Position numbers and translations under genes: made by a program. A stretch of DNA of 64,000 nucleotides from Enhygromyxa sp. (GTDB taxonomy: Bacteria > Myxococcota_A > Polyangia > Nannocystales > Nannocystaceae): NCBI GenBank assembly GCA_046484755.1, contig JAWOII010000104.1, positions 1 to 64,000 on the forward strand. Reading direction: 5' to 3'. The notes beneath the pieces were generated by a model that was not told the origin of the DNA, did no database searches, and saw nothing but the letters and a program-made list of their open reading frames with translations. Positions 20,116-29,229 of the stretch are shown piece after piece. Numbering within the stretch: the stretch's first letter is position 1; each line of letters opens with the position of its first letter.

Positions 20116-20397
20116 TCAGTCGTGGCTCGCGGTCGGCGTCGGCTGCTTGGGGCCGGTTTGGTACTTGGCCTTCCACTCGGCGTAGGGCATGCCGTAGACC
20201 TGCTCGCGGGCCTGCTCGAGCTCGAGCTCGACCCCGGCCTCCTGCGCGGCGGCGACCACCCACTTCGACAGGCAGTTGCGGCAAAAGCCGGCGAGGTTCA
20301 TCAGCTCGATGTTCTGGACGTCGGTGCGCTCTTGCAGGTGTTCGACGAGGCGACGGAAGGCCGCCGCCTCGACTCGGGTCCGGGTTTCGCTGTCCAT
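20116..20397 (-). CDS. DUF1244 family protein
   Basis: Start ATG 20397 (MDSETRTR). Conserved VQNIELMNLAGFCRNCLSKW...VYGMPYAEWK. Confidence 0.65.
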   Translation of the reverse strand: MDSETRTRVEAAAFRRLVEHLQERTDVQNIELMNLAGFCRNCLSKWVVAAAQEAGVELELEQAREQVYGMPYAEWKAKYQTGPKQPTPTASHD

Positions 20398-20510
20398 CGG
20401 CGGGAGCCTACACCGCCGGGCGAGGGGCGACGAGCGGGCTCCCTGGCGGCGCTTCCGCACAGGCCCCCGGCCTGTTAGCGTAGGTCCTGCCAGTTCCAAA
20501 GGAGTTCGCC

Positions 20511-20888
20511 ATGACGAAAGATCCCAAGGCCGTGGTCGAGCGCGCGTTCGCTTGCCTCAATGAGCACGATCTCGACGCTTACTACGCCCTGTGTGCCGAC
20601 GACTTCACCTACACCGGGATGACGACCACTCGGGGCAGGGACGTGGCCCGGCAGATCGACGCGGCCGCGTTCGCGGCTCTGCCCGATCACTGGCGGCGGG
20701 TCGAGCGGATCCTCGTGAGCGGCGACACCGTGGCGGTGTGGCTGGTCTTCGGGGGGACCTCGCCCGCGACCGGCGAGCCCTTCGAGATCGAGTTTTGCGA
20801 CGTCTTCGAGGTCCGCGAGGGGCTGATTCAGTCGATCACGATGTACGCGGACTGGCCGGCGCTCTTGCAGCAGATCGGCGCCGGTTGA
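20511..20888 (+). CDS. SnoaL-like / NTF2-fold protein
   Basis: Size and pattern (ERAFACLNEHDLDAYYALCADDF...FEVREGLI) fit the NTF2-like fold. Confidence 0.6.
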   Translation: MTKDPKAVVERAFACLNEHDLDAYYALCADDFTYTGMTTTRGRDVARQIDAAAFAALPDHWRRVERILVSGDTVAVWLVFGGTSPATGEPFEIEFCDVFEVREGLIQSITMYADWPALLQQIGAG

Positions 20889-20903
20889 TCCGCGCCGCGT
20901 GGC

Positions 20904-22835
20904 TCAATCAGTCCACGCGTATGAGTTCTCGATCACGAAGTCCCGCCCGTGCGGCGCGGGCACGCGGATGAAGCCGACCCGATCGCCCGCGACCGGCTCG
21001 CGCTCGATTTGGCAGTCCGGCGAGCAGCGCAGGGTCTCCATCCAGTGATAGCGCAGCACCACGTCGCGCTCGGGGTCGGTCCCGCTGACCTCGAGCCGGT
21101 TGATCCGGGCCTCGACCTTGGCCTTGGCCTTGCCCGTGCCCTTGTCGTCGATCAGCGAGACCCTGGGCTTGACCATGTAGATGATCATCCCGTCGAAGTA
21201 GCCCGCTCGCACCAACAGCTCGGTCTGCTGATCCCACCACGGGCTCATGCCCTGCTTTTGTACGATTACCCAGCGAATCGCGTAGGTCTGGAGATACTCG
21301 CGCATCGCCTCGGGGTCGTAGGGTGGCTCGATCCCCGCTCGCCGAAACCAATTTGCGTCGCTGTGCTCGATGTTGCGGACTAGGAAGCCGCCGATGATCT
21401 GCGCTTTGGTCCGCGCCATCAAATACTCGCCGAGCACCTGATCCTGGACCAAGAAGCGGGCCTGCCCGTCGTCGAGCTTGGCGACGTGGGCGACGATCTT
21501 CTCCCAGCGGTTCTGATCTTCGTAGCGGTAGCCGGGGGTGAGCGCGTGACCGAGGGCGCCCATCGGGACCTCGCGGCCGCCCTCGACCACCTGGCGATCG
21601 GGCAGCGAAGGGGCGAAGAAATACAGCAGGTCCCGAGCGACATGCTGAATTGCGAACAGCACCAGGATCGCCGCGATCCCCCGCTGCACCGGCTGTAGGC
21701 TCCGCCACGGGCGCGCGCGCAGGGCCTCGGCCAGCCACCAGCCGGCGGGAATCAGCAAGGCGAAGCCGAGGGGCAGCGCGTGGCGGTAGGGCTGGATCTG
21801 CGCGACCGGGGTGTGGCCGCCGAGGTAGGCAAAGGCAGCCATCACCACGATCAGGACCAGAAAGGGCAGCCGCCGCCGATCGCCCGCGCGCCGCCAGGCT
21901 CGCAGGGCCAACACGGCCGCGACCAGGGCCAGCACCCGCACGGCCGTGCGCGGGCCGATCATGCCCTGGGTGCTGGTGTCGAACAGCAGCCCGAAGAAGT
22001 CGTAGACCAAAAAGCGCAGCCCGCTTTGCTCGTAGTAGGCCGAGTCCAGCAGGTAATGCACGAAGCGCAGGGCGGTCCGCAGCCACCAGCCGTTGACGAG
22101 CAGGGTGAACCCGGCGATGGCCCAGGTCATGGCGTGCTGGCCCGGGCTCAGCGAGCGCTCGACCCAGCCGGCCCGGAGGTACTCGGCGACCATCGGCCCG
22201 GCCAGGATGAAGAAGATGTAGGGGTGCACGAGGTGGCCGATCGCCAGGCTCAGGGCGCACCCGAGCGCGAACACCCGGCGCCGATCTTCGATCCACCGGT
22301 GAAACAGCGCGAGCGGGAGCAAGGCGAAGTAGGCGACGAACACATAGGACACGGTCCCGATGAACCACATCCAGCGGGTGAAGGAGTCAAAGCCCCACAG
22401 CAGGATCGCCAACCCGGTGGCCGTCAGCGCGGCGGCGCGATCGAGCCGAAACAGCCGCGCGGCTGCGTAGACGACCACGGGCATGAGCACGTGGATCGCC
22501 AGCACGAAGCCGTTGTAGGCCTTGCCCTCGCCGACCCCGAGCTGCACGAGCGCCCAGGTCCACAGCTCCCAGCCCTTGTTGTCGGCGTCGAACAAGACCC
22601 CGTTGGGCGCGCCGGCCAGCAGTTGCACGTCGTAGGCCCAGTGCTGCCCGGCCGTCTCCCAGGCCTCGAGCACCCGCCGGACCTGGGCGGCGTGGGTGGC
22701 AAAGTCGCCGCGGTTGAAGGCGATCTCTGGCAGCGGCAAGGCGGCGCCGAAGTAGTAGGCGACCAGCAGCGCGTGGACGCCGGCGAGCGCGAGCGCGGCG
22801 AAAACGAAGAGCCAGACGCCAGCGCGGGGGCTCAC
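20904..22835 (-). CDS. Large polytopic membrane protein: about 12 predicted TM helices, then a roughly 220-aa soluble C-terminal domain. Possible GT-C-type glycosyltransferase.
   Basis: GTG start at 22835 (VSPRAGVWLFVFAALALAG) overlapping the UbiA stop (GTGA). The N-terminal 165 aa of listed ORF 20904..23330 are an off-frame Arg-rich artefact. Confidence 0.6.
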   Translation of the reverse strand: MSPRAGVWLFVFAALALAGVHALLVAYYFGAALPLPEIAFNRGDFATHAAQVRRVLEAWETAGQHWAYDVQLLAGAPNGVLFDADNKGWELWTWALVQLGVGEGKAYNGFVLAIHVLMPVVVYAAARLFRLDRAAALTATGLAILLWGFDSFTRWMWFIGTVSYVFVAYFALLPLALFHRWIEDRRRVFALGCALSLAIGHLVHPYIFFILAGPMVAEYLRAGWVERSLSPGQHAMTWAIAGFTLLVNGWWLRTALRFVHYLLDSAYYEQSGLRFLVYDFFGLLFDTSTQGMIGPRTAVRVLALVAAVLALRAWRRAGDRRRLPFLVLIVVMAAFAYLGGHTPVAQIQPYRHALPLGFALLIPAGWWLAEALRARPWRSLQPVQRGIAAILVLFAIQHVARDLLYFFAPSLPDRQVVEGGREVPMGALGHALTPGYRYEDQNRWEKIVAHVAKLDDGQARFLVQDQVLGEYLMARTKAQIIGGFLVRNIEHSDANWFRRAGIEPPYDPEAMREYLQTYAIRWVIVQKQGMSPWWDQQTELLVRAGYFDGMIIYMVKPRVSLIDDKGTGKAKAKVEARINRLEVSGTDPERDVVLRYHWMETLRCSPDCQIEREPVAGDRVGFIRVPAPHGRDFVIENSYAWTD

Positions 22836-23641
22836 CCGAGCCCTCCGAAGTAGACGAACGCGGCCTCGGCCACGAACGCGAGCCCGAGGACCATGCGCAC
22901 CCGGTTCCAGTAGCGATCGACCTCGTCGAGGCGCAAGGGGACCAGCGCAGCGAGGATCGGCAGCGGCGCGATCCACCACGAGAAGCACAAGCCGGCGTAG
23001 AGCGCCGACGCGATCATCAGGGCCCGCGCCAGCCACCGCGCGCGCTCGAGCCCGAGCACCACCGCGGTGGTGCGCACGCCCGCGGCCTTGTCGGCGTCGT
23101 GATCGCGGATCACCTGGATCGACTCGAACACGCCCGAGAACAGGCCGAGCTGCCCGAGCAAGAGCCAGCCCTCGGGGTGCCCGGGCGCGAGCCCGACTAG
23201 CGGCATCGCCATGCCCCAGGCGATCATCGCCAGCACGTCGAGGACCGGCACCCGCTTGAGCCCGGCCGAGTAGGCCCAGCAGACCCCGGCGCCGGCGATC
23301 AGCGCGAGCAACAGGCCACCGCCCCAGCAAAGCGCGAGCGCGATCAGGAGCCCGAGCAAGCCGAGCTGGGCGACCACGGCCGCCCGCGGGTGCTCGGCGA
23401 GGTACGAGTTCTTGCGCTGATCCTTGCCGGTCGCGGCCAGATCGTCGGCGAGGTCGTACCAGTCGTTGTTGAGGTAAACGAGCAGGTTGAGCAGGAACGC
23501 GAACCCGGCCCGAAAGCCGATCTCGATCCAGCTCAGGTGGCAGGCGGTGGCGATCGCCAGGGCCCCGGCGATGTTGGCCATCTCGAAGCGACGCAGCCGA
23601 AACACGGCCACGTCGAGCAGGATCTTGATCACGGGCCTCAT
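22832..23641 (-). CDS. UbiA-family aromatic/polyprenyl-phosphate prenyltransferase
   Basis: Start ATG about 23641 (MRPVIKILLD), overlapping the upstream stop (ATGA). NDWYDLADD (NDxxDxxxD) and RDHDAD Asp-rich motifs; 8-9 TM helices. Confidence 0.8.
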   Translation of the reverse strand: MRPVIKILLDVAVFRLRRFEMANIAGALAIATACHLSWIEIGFRAGFAFLLNLLVYLNNDWYDLADDLAATGKDQRKNSYLAEHPRAAVVAQLGLLGLLIALALCWGGGLLLALIAGAGVCWAYSAGLKRVPVLDVLAMIAWGMAMPLVGLAPGHPEGWLLLGQLGLFSGVFESIQVIRDHDADKAAGVRTTAVVLGLERARWLARALMIASALYAGLCFSWWIAPLPILAALVPLRLDEVDRYWNRVRMVLGLAFVAEAAFVYFGGLG

Positions 23642-24792
23642 GAGGTGCGCTTGGTGATCTCCAGGGCGTCGCCCTCGTAGCCCCACATCAGCGCGCGCTT
23701 GATCAGCGGTCGGCGGTAGGCGCCGGTCGAGACCAGCGCGCGCATGGCTTCTTGCACGCCGAGGCGCAGCATCGAGGGCCAGATGATGGCCCCTTCGCAG
23801 GCGCGCTGGTAGGCCCGCACCGCGCGAGCATCGAGGCCCTCGCGGTCGAGGGCCGCGAGCGCGTGCTGGCCGGCGAGGCGCCCGGTGTGCAGCGCCTGCC
23901 AGATGCCCTCGCCCGCGAGCGGATCGATGAAGCGGCCGGCGTCGCCGCAGGCGAGCACCCCGGGGCCGGCGGGCGGTCGCAAGGCCACGGCCAGCGGCAG
24001 CGACCAGACCCGGACCTTCTCGCGCAGGCGCGCGGACGCGAAGCGCTCGGGGTGGCGGGCCACGAAGCGCTCGAGCAGGCGCGGGAGCTTGTCGCCGCCG
24101 CGCTCGAAGTGATCGGCGCGCTGGTAGACGCCGACGTTGGCCAGCCCCTCGACCGGCGGGAAGGCCCAGCCGTAGCCGCAGGGGAGATCGTGCTCGAAGT
24201 AGTGCTCCGAGACCCCGGCCGCGTCGCCGAACTCGACCCCCTCGTAGTAGCCCGTGCAGGCGACGGCGAGCTGGCGGCCGCGCTCGTAAGTCAGGCCCAG
24301 GGCCGCCCAGGCGAGCGAGCCCGGCCCGTCGGCGGCGATCGTGATCGGGGCTCGCCACTGCTCGTCGTCGCTCGCCGCCCCGACGATCCGGCCGCCCTCG
24401 ACGAGCAGCCGCCGGACCTTGACGCCCTGGCGCAGCTCGGCGCCCGAGCGCTCGAGCGTGCGCCGTAGGAGATCATCGAGGTGCAGGCGCGGGACGATGT
24501 AGCCGGGCTCGTGCCCGAAGCTGCGACCCACGCGGGTGCCGTCGGGGAGGATCGCCGCCGCGGCGTGGACGATCGCGTGGGGGATGCTGGTGATCGCGTC
24601 GCGGGTGTCGCCGAGCTCGTCGATCACCTTGGCGCCGCGGTTGGAGAGCGCGTCGCCGCAGGTCTTGGGCCGGGGGAAGCTCGCCCGCTCGAGCACCAGC
24701 ACGCGCGCGCCCGCTCGCGCGGCGCTGATCGCCGCCGCGCACCCGGCCGGGCCGGCTCCGATCACGAGCACGTCGAGGGCCGCCGTGGGCAC
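23638..24792 (-). CDS. Geranylgeranyl reductase family FAD-dependent oxidoreductase
   Basis: VLVIGAGPAGCAAA FAD fold; about 384 aa; family-typical GD and CGD motifs. Confidence 0.8.
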   Translation of the reverse strand: MPTAALDVLVIGAGPAGCAAAISAARAGARVLVLERASFPRPKTCGDALSNRGAKVIDELGDTRDAITSIPHAIVHAAAAILPDGTRVGRSFGHEPGYIVPRLHLDDLLRRTLERSGAELRQGVKVRRLLVEGGRIVGAASDDEQWRAPITIAADGPGSLAWAALGLTYERGRQLAVACTGYYEGVEFGDAAGVSEHYFEHDLPCGYGWAFPPVEGLANVGVYQRADHFERGGDKLPRLLERFVARHPERFASARLREKVRVWSLPLAVALRPPAGPGVLACGDAGRFIDPLAGEGIWQALHTGRLAGQHALAALDREGLDARAVRAYQRACEGAIIWPSMLRLGVQEAMRALVSTGAYRRPLIKRALMWGYEGDALEITKRTS

Positions 24793-24830
24793 GGCGTCTC
24801 ATAGCACCGGCGACGGCCCGCTGTCCCGCC

Positions 24831-26774
24831 TCACTTGGGTCCGGCGCGCTTTTGCATGAGCGAAAACAGGTGCGAGGGGAAGGGCACCCGCGGGAGCGGG
24901 ATCACGGCCTTGCCATGGACCGGCGGGACCGACCAGCGATTGAGGCCGCGGCCGGTCGAGGTCACAAACAAGTAGCGAGGATCGTCGAGGGAGTGGGGGA
25001 AGCGAAAGCCCACCCGCGTCGGGCGGCCTTCGCCGTCGTCGGCGAGCACCTCGACGTGAAAGCCCGGATAGTCGAGGGTGGAGCCGGTCGGCAGCCGCTG
25101 CTCGGCCCGGCGAAAGAACAGCTCGCCGGCGGTCATCAGCCACGCGCCCTGGATCGCGGCGAGCTCGAGGGTGTTTTCGTCGGGCCGGTACGCGAACATC
25201 GCGTGCTCGCCTCCGAGCGAGAGCGGCCGCCAGCTCGCCGGCACCGGCTCGCCCATGACGTGGAGCGCAAAGGGTCCGTACATGCCGACTGACTGGCTGG
25301 GCCCGTTGAGCACCAGCACGTCGCGGCCGGCGAGCTCCTGCTCGAGCAGGTCGCCGTCGGTGAAGGCCATCACGTCGGCCTCCGCGAGGCCGTCGAGGTG
25401 GCGCAGGTAACGTTGAGTCCAGCGCAGATCGAAGTAGGTGTTGAGCGCCAACGCGGCGCCGACTAGGGGCAGCAACGCGACCCCGAGCAGGCGCCGGCGG
25501 TCCGTAGTGAACAGCAGGCGCAGGCAGCCGAACACGACCAGCGAGACGGCCGCGCACGCGCCGAGCTGGGTGATGATCAGCAGCCGCGCGTGCGAGGGCG
25601 CGACCGAGACCGGCAGCAGCCCGAGCAGCGCGCCGAGCAGCAAGGCCCGCAGGGTCCGGCGCTCGTCGTCTCGCCAACCCGCCCGCGCGAGCCCGAGCGC
25701 GACCGCGGCCAGCCCGATACCGACCAGCGAGATCCGCAGGTGCGAGAAGTAGACCTCGTGGGGGGTGTCGACGGGCCACCGCGCCTGCCACCACGACGCC
25801 CCCGGGTGATCGAAGACCATCACCGACGAGGCCGGGATCGACCAAAAGGCTCCGGTGCACAGCGCCGGGATCCGAAACTTCGCCCACTTCAACCATCCGC
25901 TCGGGTGCGAGAGCGGATCGGCGTAGACGTCGGCGCCGAAGGTCCCGTAGTCGAGCAGGCTGTGCAGCGCCAGGTAGGTGGCGGTCACGGTCGCGGCGGG
26001 GATCAGCGCGAGCGCTCGCGTGAGCCAGGGATCGGCCAGCGAGGTCGCGTCGCGGCCCCCGACCAGCAGCTCCCACGCGAACAGGTAGGCGATCACTCCG
26101 AGCCCGTACTCGCCCCCGGCCAGGCTCGCCGCGAGCAGGCCCAGCTCGATCAGCGGCCCGCCGCGCCGCAGCCAGCTTGGCGTCGAGGGATCGGGTCGCC
26201 GCCACTCGAGGTGCACGAAGATCGCCGCGAAGCCAAACGCGGCGCAGATCAGCACGCAGCGGTTGGCCAGCCAGCCTAGCGGCGAGACGAAGCCGGCCTC
26301 GCACACGAACAAGGCGAGCGCGAGCGCGGCCGGCCAGCGCGGCAGCATCCGCCGCGCCGCGAGCCCGAAGCCGACGATCGTCAGCGCCAGCCACAGCAGC
26401 GAGTGCGCGTGCCACAGCCGGATGTTGCCCGGCGCGAGGGTGTGATCGAGCCACAAAAACAAGCTCGACAGCGGCCGCAGCACCGAGCCGTGAAACCCGG
26501 GCTCGGCGAACCACGGGACCGTGCCCTGATCGACGTGCTCCGCGAGCGGCATGTCGGCCCTCACGAATGAGTAGAGATCGAAGGGCACGTAGCCCTCGCC
26601 CGGGAACAGCCCGGCGATCATCGCGTGCTGCATGTAGTCGTCGCTGAGCCGGCCGACCTCGAGGGTGGTCAGGCGCAGGACCACCGCGACCACGGCCGCG
26701 AGCGCGAGCGCGAGCAGCCACAGTCGCCGTTCACGGGGCTCGACAGGCTCGCGGGCCAGGCCGGGGGTGGGCAT
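24831..26774 (-). CDS. Large polytopic membrane protein (648 aa): many TM helices plus a soluble C-terminal domain. Possible GT-C-like protein, and a distant paralog-type partner of 20904..22835.
   Basis: Start ATG 26774 (MPTPGLAREP...RRLWLLALALAAVV). The alternative-frame 640-aa Arg-rich ORF 24799..26721 is rejected. Confidence 0.6.
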   Translation of the reverse strand: MPTPGLAREPVEPRERRLWLLALALAAVVAVVLRLTTLEVGRLSDDYMQHAMIAGLFPGEGYVPFDLYSFVRADMPLAEHVDQGTVPWFAEPGFHGSVLRPLSSLFLWLDHTLAPGNIRLWHAHSLLWLALTIVGFGLAARRMLPRWPAALALALFVCEAGFVSPLGWLANRCVLICAAFGFAAIFVHLEWRRPDPSTPSWLRRGGPLIELGLLAASLAGGEYGLGVIAYLFAWELLVGGRDATSLADPWLTRALALIPAATVTATYLALHSLLDYGTFGADVYADPLSHPSGWLKWAKFRIPALCTGAFWSIPASSVMVFDHPGASWWQARWPVDTPHEVYFSHLRISLVGIGLAAVALGLARAGWRDDERRTLRALLLGALLGLLPVSVAPSHARLLIITQLGACAAVSLVVFGCLRLLFTTDRRRLLGVALLPLVGAALALNTYFDLRWTQRYLRHLDGLAEADVMAFTDGDLLEQELAGRDVLVLNGPSQSVGMYGPFALHVMGEPVPASWRPLSLGGEHAMFAYRPDENTLELAAIQGAWLMTAGELFFRRAEQRLPTGSTLDYPGFHVEVLADDGEGRPTRVGFRFPHSLDDPRYLFVTSTGRGLNRWSVPPVHGKAVIPLPRVPFPSHLFSLMQKRAGPK

Positions 26775-26832
26775 GGGGCGGGAGTGTACCTCCGGCCGGC
26801 GAAACCCCACGACGCGCGAGGTGGCAAGGGCA

Positions 26833-26867
26833 GGTCGAGAGCGGGTTTTTCGTAAACTCTCTCGACC
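26833..26867. promoter_or_regulatory. Perfect 9-bp inverted repeat GGTCGAGAG-N17-CTCTCGACC in the divergent promoter region
   Basis: Seen directly in the sequence. It lies between the membrane-protein operon start (26774, minus) and the V4R protein start (26898, plus). Confidence 0.4.
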
Positions 26868-26897
26868 CCGGGCCGGCTCTCGGCCTACTCTGCGCGA

Positions 26898-27407
26898 ATG
26901 AGCGAGAAGAACGAGTACAGCGGCGCGGCGCTCCGCTCATTCATCGTCGCGTTGTCCTCCTCGCAAAAAACCGTCGACAAGCTGCTCGCCGACGCCGGCA
27001 TCGACAGCATCGATCCCGACAAGTGGTACGATTATGAGTGGGCGGTTGGCTTCTTTTACAAGATCGAGGAGCTGCTCGGCAAGGCCGCGATCACCCAGGT
27101 CGGCCGCAGCATGATCGAGGCGGCGACCTATCCGCCGGAGATCGACAGCGTCAAGGCGCTCCTGTCGGGGCTCGGCTACTGGTTTTTGCTCAACGCCCGG
27201 GGACCCGAGGTCGGCAACATCACCTGCGAGTTCGAGGACGACCACACCGCGCTGATCGATAATTCTGCCCGGGGTCCCTGCTCCTTGAACGTCGGCATCA
27301 TCGAGGGCGCGTGCGCTCGCTACGGTGTCACGCCGCTGATCGAGCACTGCGTGGGCGGGTGCAAGGACGACGGCGCACCAACTTGCATCTATCGCGTGAG
27401 CTGGTAG
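26898..27407 (+). CDS. V4R (4-vinyl-reductase-like) domain small-molecule-binding protein
   Basis: C-terminal pattern C..GIIEGACARYG...EHC..GC...C fits the V4R Cys/Gly signature. GC3 bias. Confidence 0.45.
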   Translation: MSEKNEYSGAALRSFIVALSSSQKTVDKLLADAGIDSIDPDKWYDYEWAVGFFYKIEELLGKAAITQVGRSMIEAATYPPEIDSVKALLSGLGYWFLLNARGPEVGNITCEFEDDHTALIDNSARGPCSLNVGIIEGACARYGVTPLIEHCVGGCKDDGAPTCIYRVSW

Positions 27408-27502
27408 GCGGGGCGCGGCGTCGTGCCGATCGGGCCCGGCTTGCTGCGTGCGCAAAATGGCTTGCGAGCCAGGCTACAGTCGACGACAACTCGAGGGTGA
27501 CG

Positions 27503-29221
27503 ATGACACCGCTTCGCTCCGTCCCCCTCGTCCTCTCGATGCTCCTCGCCCTCGAAGGCTGCGGCGATGACCGGCCCGAGCCGGCCGATGACGAAGTCGG
27601 TGACGGCGACGGGGACTCGACGGAGAGCGGCGACGGCGACGGCGAACCGACGGGGGATGGGGACGGGGATGACGATTCGACCGGGGACGGAGACGGTGAG
27701 CCGACCGGGGATGGGGACGGGGATGGAGACGGCGACGGTGATGGAGACGGAGACGGCGATGGCGACGGAGACGGCGACGGAGACGGAGACGGCGATGGCG
27801 ATGGAGACGGAGACGGAGATGACGGCGGAGACGGCGACGGAGACGGCGACGGCGATGGCGCCCCGATCTGCGGCGTCGACGAGTGCACCGGCGAGACCCT
27901 GTGGAGCCGCCGCTACGGCAACAGCGAGTCGATCGGCCTCAAGAACGAGTCGATCCGCGCGATCGTCAGCGACCCCGAGGGCAACCTCTACATCGCCGGC
28001 ACCGTGCAGGGCAGCATCGTGTTCGGCAACGTCGGCACCATCGAGCTCGCCCACGGCGCCTTCGTGGCCAAGCTCGACAGCGAGGGCGAGCCGATCTGGG
28101 CCTTTGCGATCGACGGGGCGACCAACGTCGAGCTCAACGGCCTCGGCCGCGACGACGACGGCCACCTGCTCGTGAACGGCTCGGTCAACGGCGACCTCAC
28201 GGCCGGCGGCATGGTGTTCCCCAATTCGGATCAGTGGGACCCCTTCTACGTGGCCATCGATCAAGACGGCGGCCTGCTCCACGCCAAGGTGTTCGGCAGC
28301 AGCGGCCTCGACGTCGGCCGCGGGGTCGCGGTCGCGCAAAGCGGCCGCTTCGCGCTGACCGGCGCGTTCAGGAACGGCATCAACTTCGGCGGCAACCAGC
28401 TGAGCTCGACCAACGGCTCGTCGGACGCCTACGTGGCGGTGTTCGAGCAGGACGGCACCCACGTGTGGAGCAAGCGCTGGGGCGACGGCTCGACCCAGCA
28501 GGGCACCGCGGTCGCCTTCGACGAGCTCGGCGAGGTGATCGTGAGCGGCTACAACTACGGGACCATCGACTTCGGCGGCGATCCCCAGCCCGCCGAGGGC
28601 CTCGCCGATCTGTTCGTGGCCAGGCTCGACGGCGACAACGGGGCCGCCGACTGGGCGGTGACCTTCGCCGATCAAAACAACGGCACGGTCGGGTCCGGCT
28701 ACCTCGCGACGGCCGACGGCCGGGTGTTCGTGGCGACCGCCGACAGCTCGGCCAACCTCAAGCTCGTCGACTTCGGCGACGGCTCGGGCGCGCAGCCGGG
28801 CTACTTCTTCCTCGCCGCCCTCGAGCTCGACACCGGCGCCGCGCAGTGGAGCCGCGCCTTCTCGGGCCTGCGCGGGATCTACGGGATCGCGGCCGACAAC
28901 GGCAACTCCGTGGTGATCACCGGCGATCTCGAGGGCAGCGCCGACTTCGGGGCCGGCGAGGTCATGTCCTTCATGAACAGCCGCGACATCTTCGCCGCCA
29001 AGTACGACGTCACCGACGGCAGCTACCGCTGGGCCCGGCACATCGGCGACTACAACCAGCAATCGAACTCACAGCGCGGCTTTGGGGTCACCTTCGACCA
29101 AAGCGGGCACGTGTTCGTGACCGGCAGCTTCGCGGGCGTGATCAACTGGGGTGACCAGGAGCTGGTCAGCGGCGCCGGCTTCGGCGGCAGCGATGGCTAC
29201 GTGGCCAAGCTCGCCCCTTAG
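27503..29221 (+). CDS. Lipoprotein with a long (GD)n linker followed by a beta-propeller (SBBP-like repeat) domain
   Basis: Start ATG 27503 (MTPLRSVPLVLSMLLALEGC). About 90 residues of GDGD repeat. Repeated approximately GxxxGxxDaaVAKLDxxGxxxWs blocks typical of SBBP beta-propellers. Confidence 0.7.
   Translation: MTPLRSVPLVLSMLLALEGCGDDRPEPADDEVGDGDGDSTESGDGDGEPTGDGDGDDDSTGDGDGEPTGDGDGDGDGDGDGDGDGDGDGDGDGDGDGDGDGDGDGDDGGDGDGDGDGDGAPICGVDECTGETLWSRRYGNSESIGLKNESIRAIVSDPEGNLYIAGTVQGSIVFGNVGTIELAHGAFVAKLDSEGEPIWAFAIDGATNVELNGLGRDDDGHLLVNGSVNGDLTAGGMVFPNSDQWDPFYVAIDQDGGLLHAKVFGSSGLDVGRGVAVAQSGRFALTGAFRNGINFGGNQLSSTNGSSDAYVAVFEQDGTHVWSKRWGDGSTQQGTAVAFDELGEVIVSGYNYGTIDFGGDPQPAEGLADLFVARLDGDNGAADWAVTFADQNNGTVGSGYLATADGRVFVATADSSANLKLVDFGDGSGAQPGYFFLAALELDTGAAQWSRAFSGLRGIYGIAADNGNSVVITGDLEGSADFGAGEVMSFMNSRDIFAAKYDVTDGSYRWARHIGDYNQQSNSQRGFGVTFDQSGHVFVTGSFAGVINWGDQELVSGAGFGGSDGYVAKLAP
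27598..27858. repeat. Hexanucleotide coding microsatellite (ggcgac/ggagac)n, about 260 bp, encoding (GD)n
   Basis: Direct tandem repeat visible in the sequence. Confidence 0.8.
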
Positions 29222-29229
29222 TCTCGAAT

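Noticed and set aside
24799-26721. 640-aa Arg-rich minus ORF
   Set aside because: It is an alternative frame of the polytopic membrane protein gene (24831..26774), whose own frame encodes coherent TM helices.
27598-27858. Possible CRISPR array or satellite, given the regular short direct repeats
   Set aside because: The repeats are contiguous hexanucleotides with no unique spacers, they lie in frame within a CDS, and they encode (GD)n. There are no cas genes. The same applies at 43399..43535 and 50524..50720.
27389-29062. 557-aa minus ORF, and the 423-aa plus ORF at 27883..29154
   Set aside because: They are shadows of the SBBP beta-propeller lipoprotein gene (27503..29221 +).
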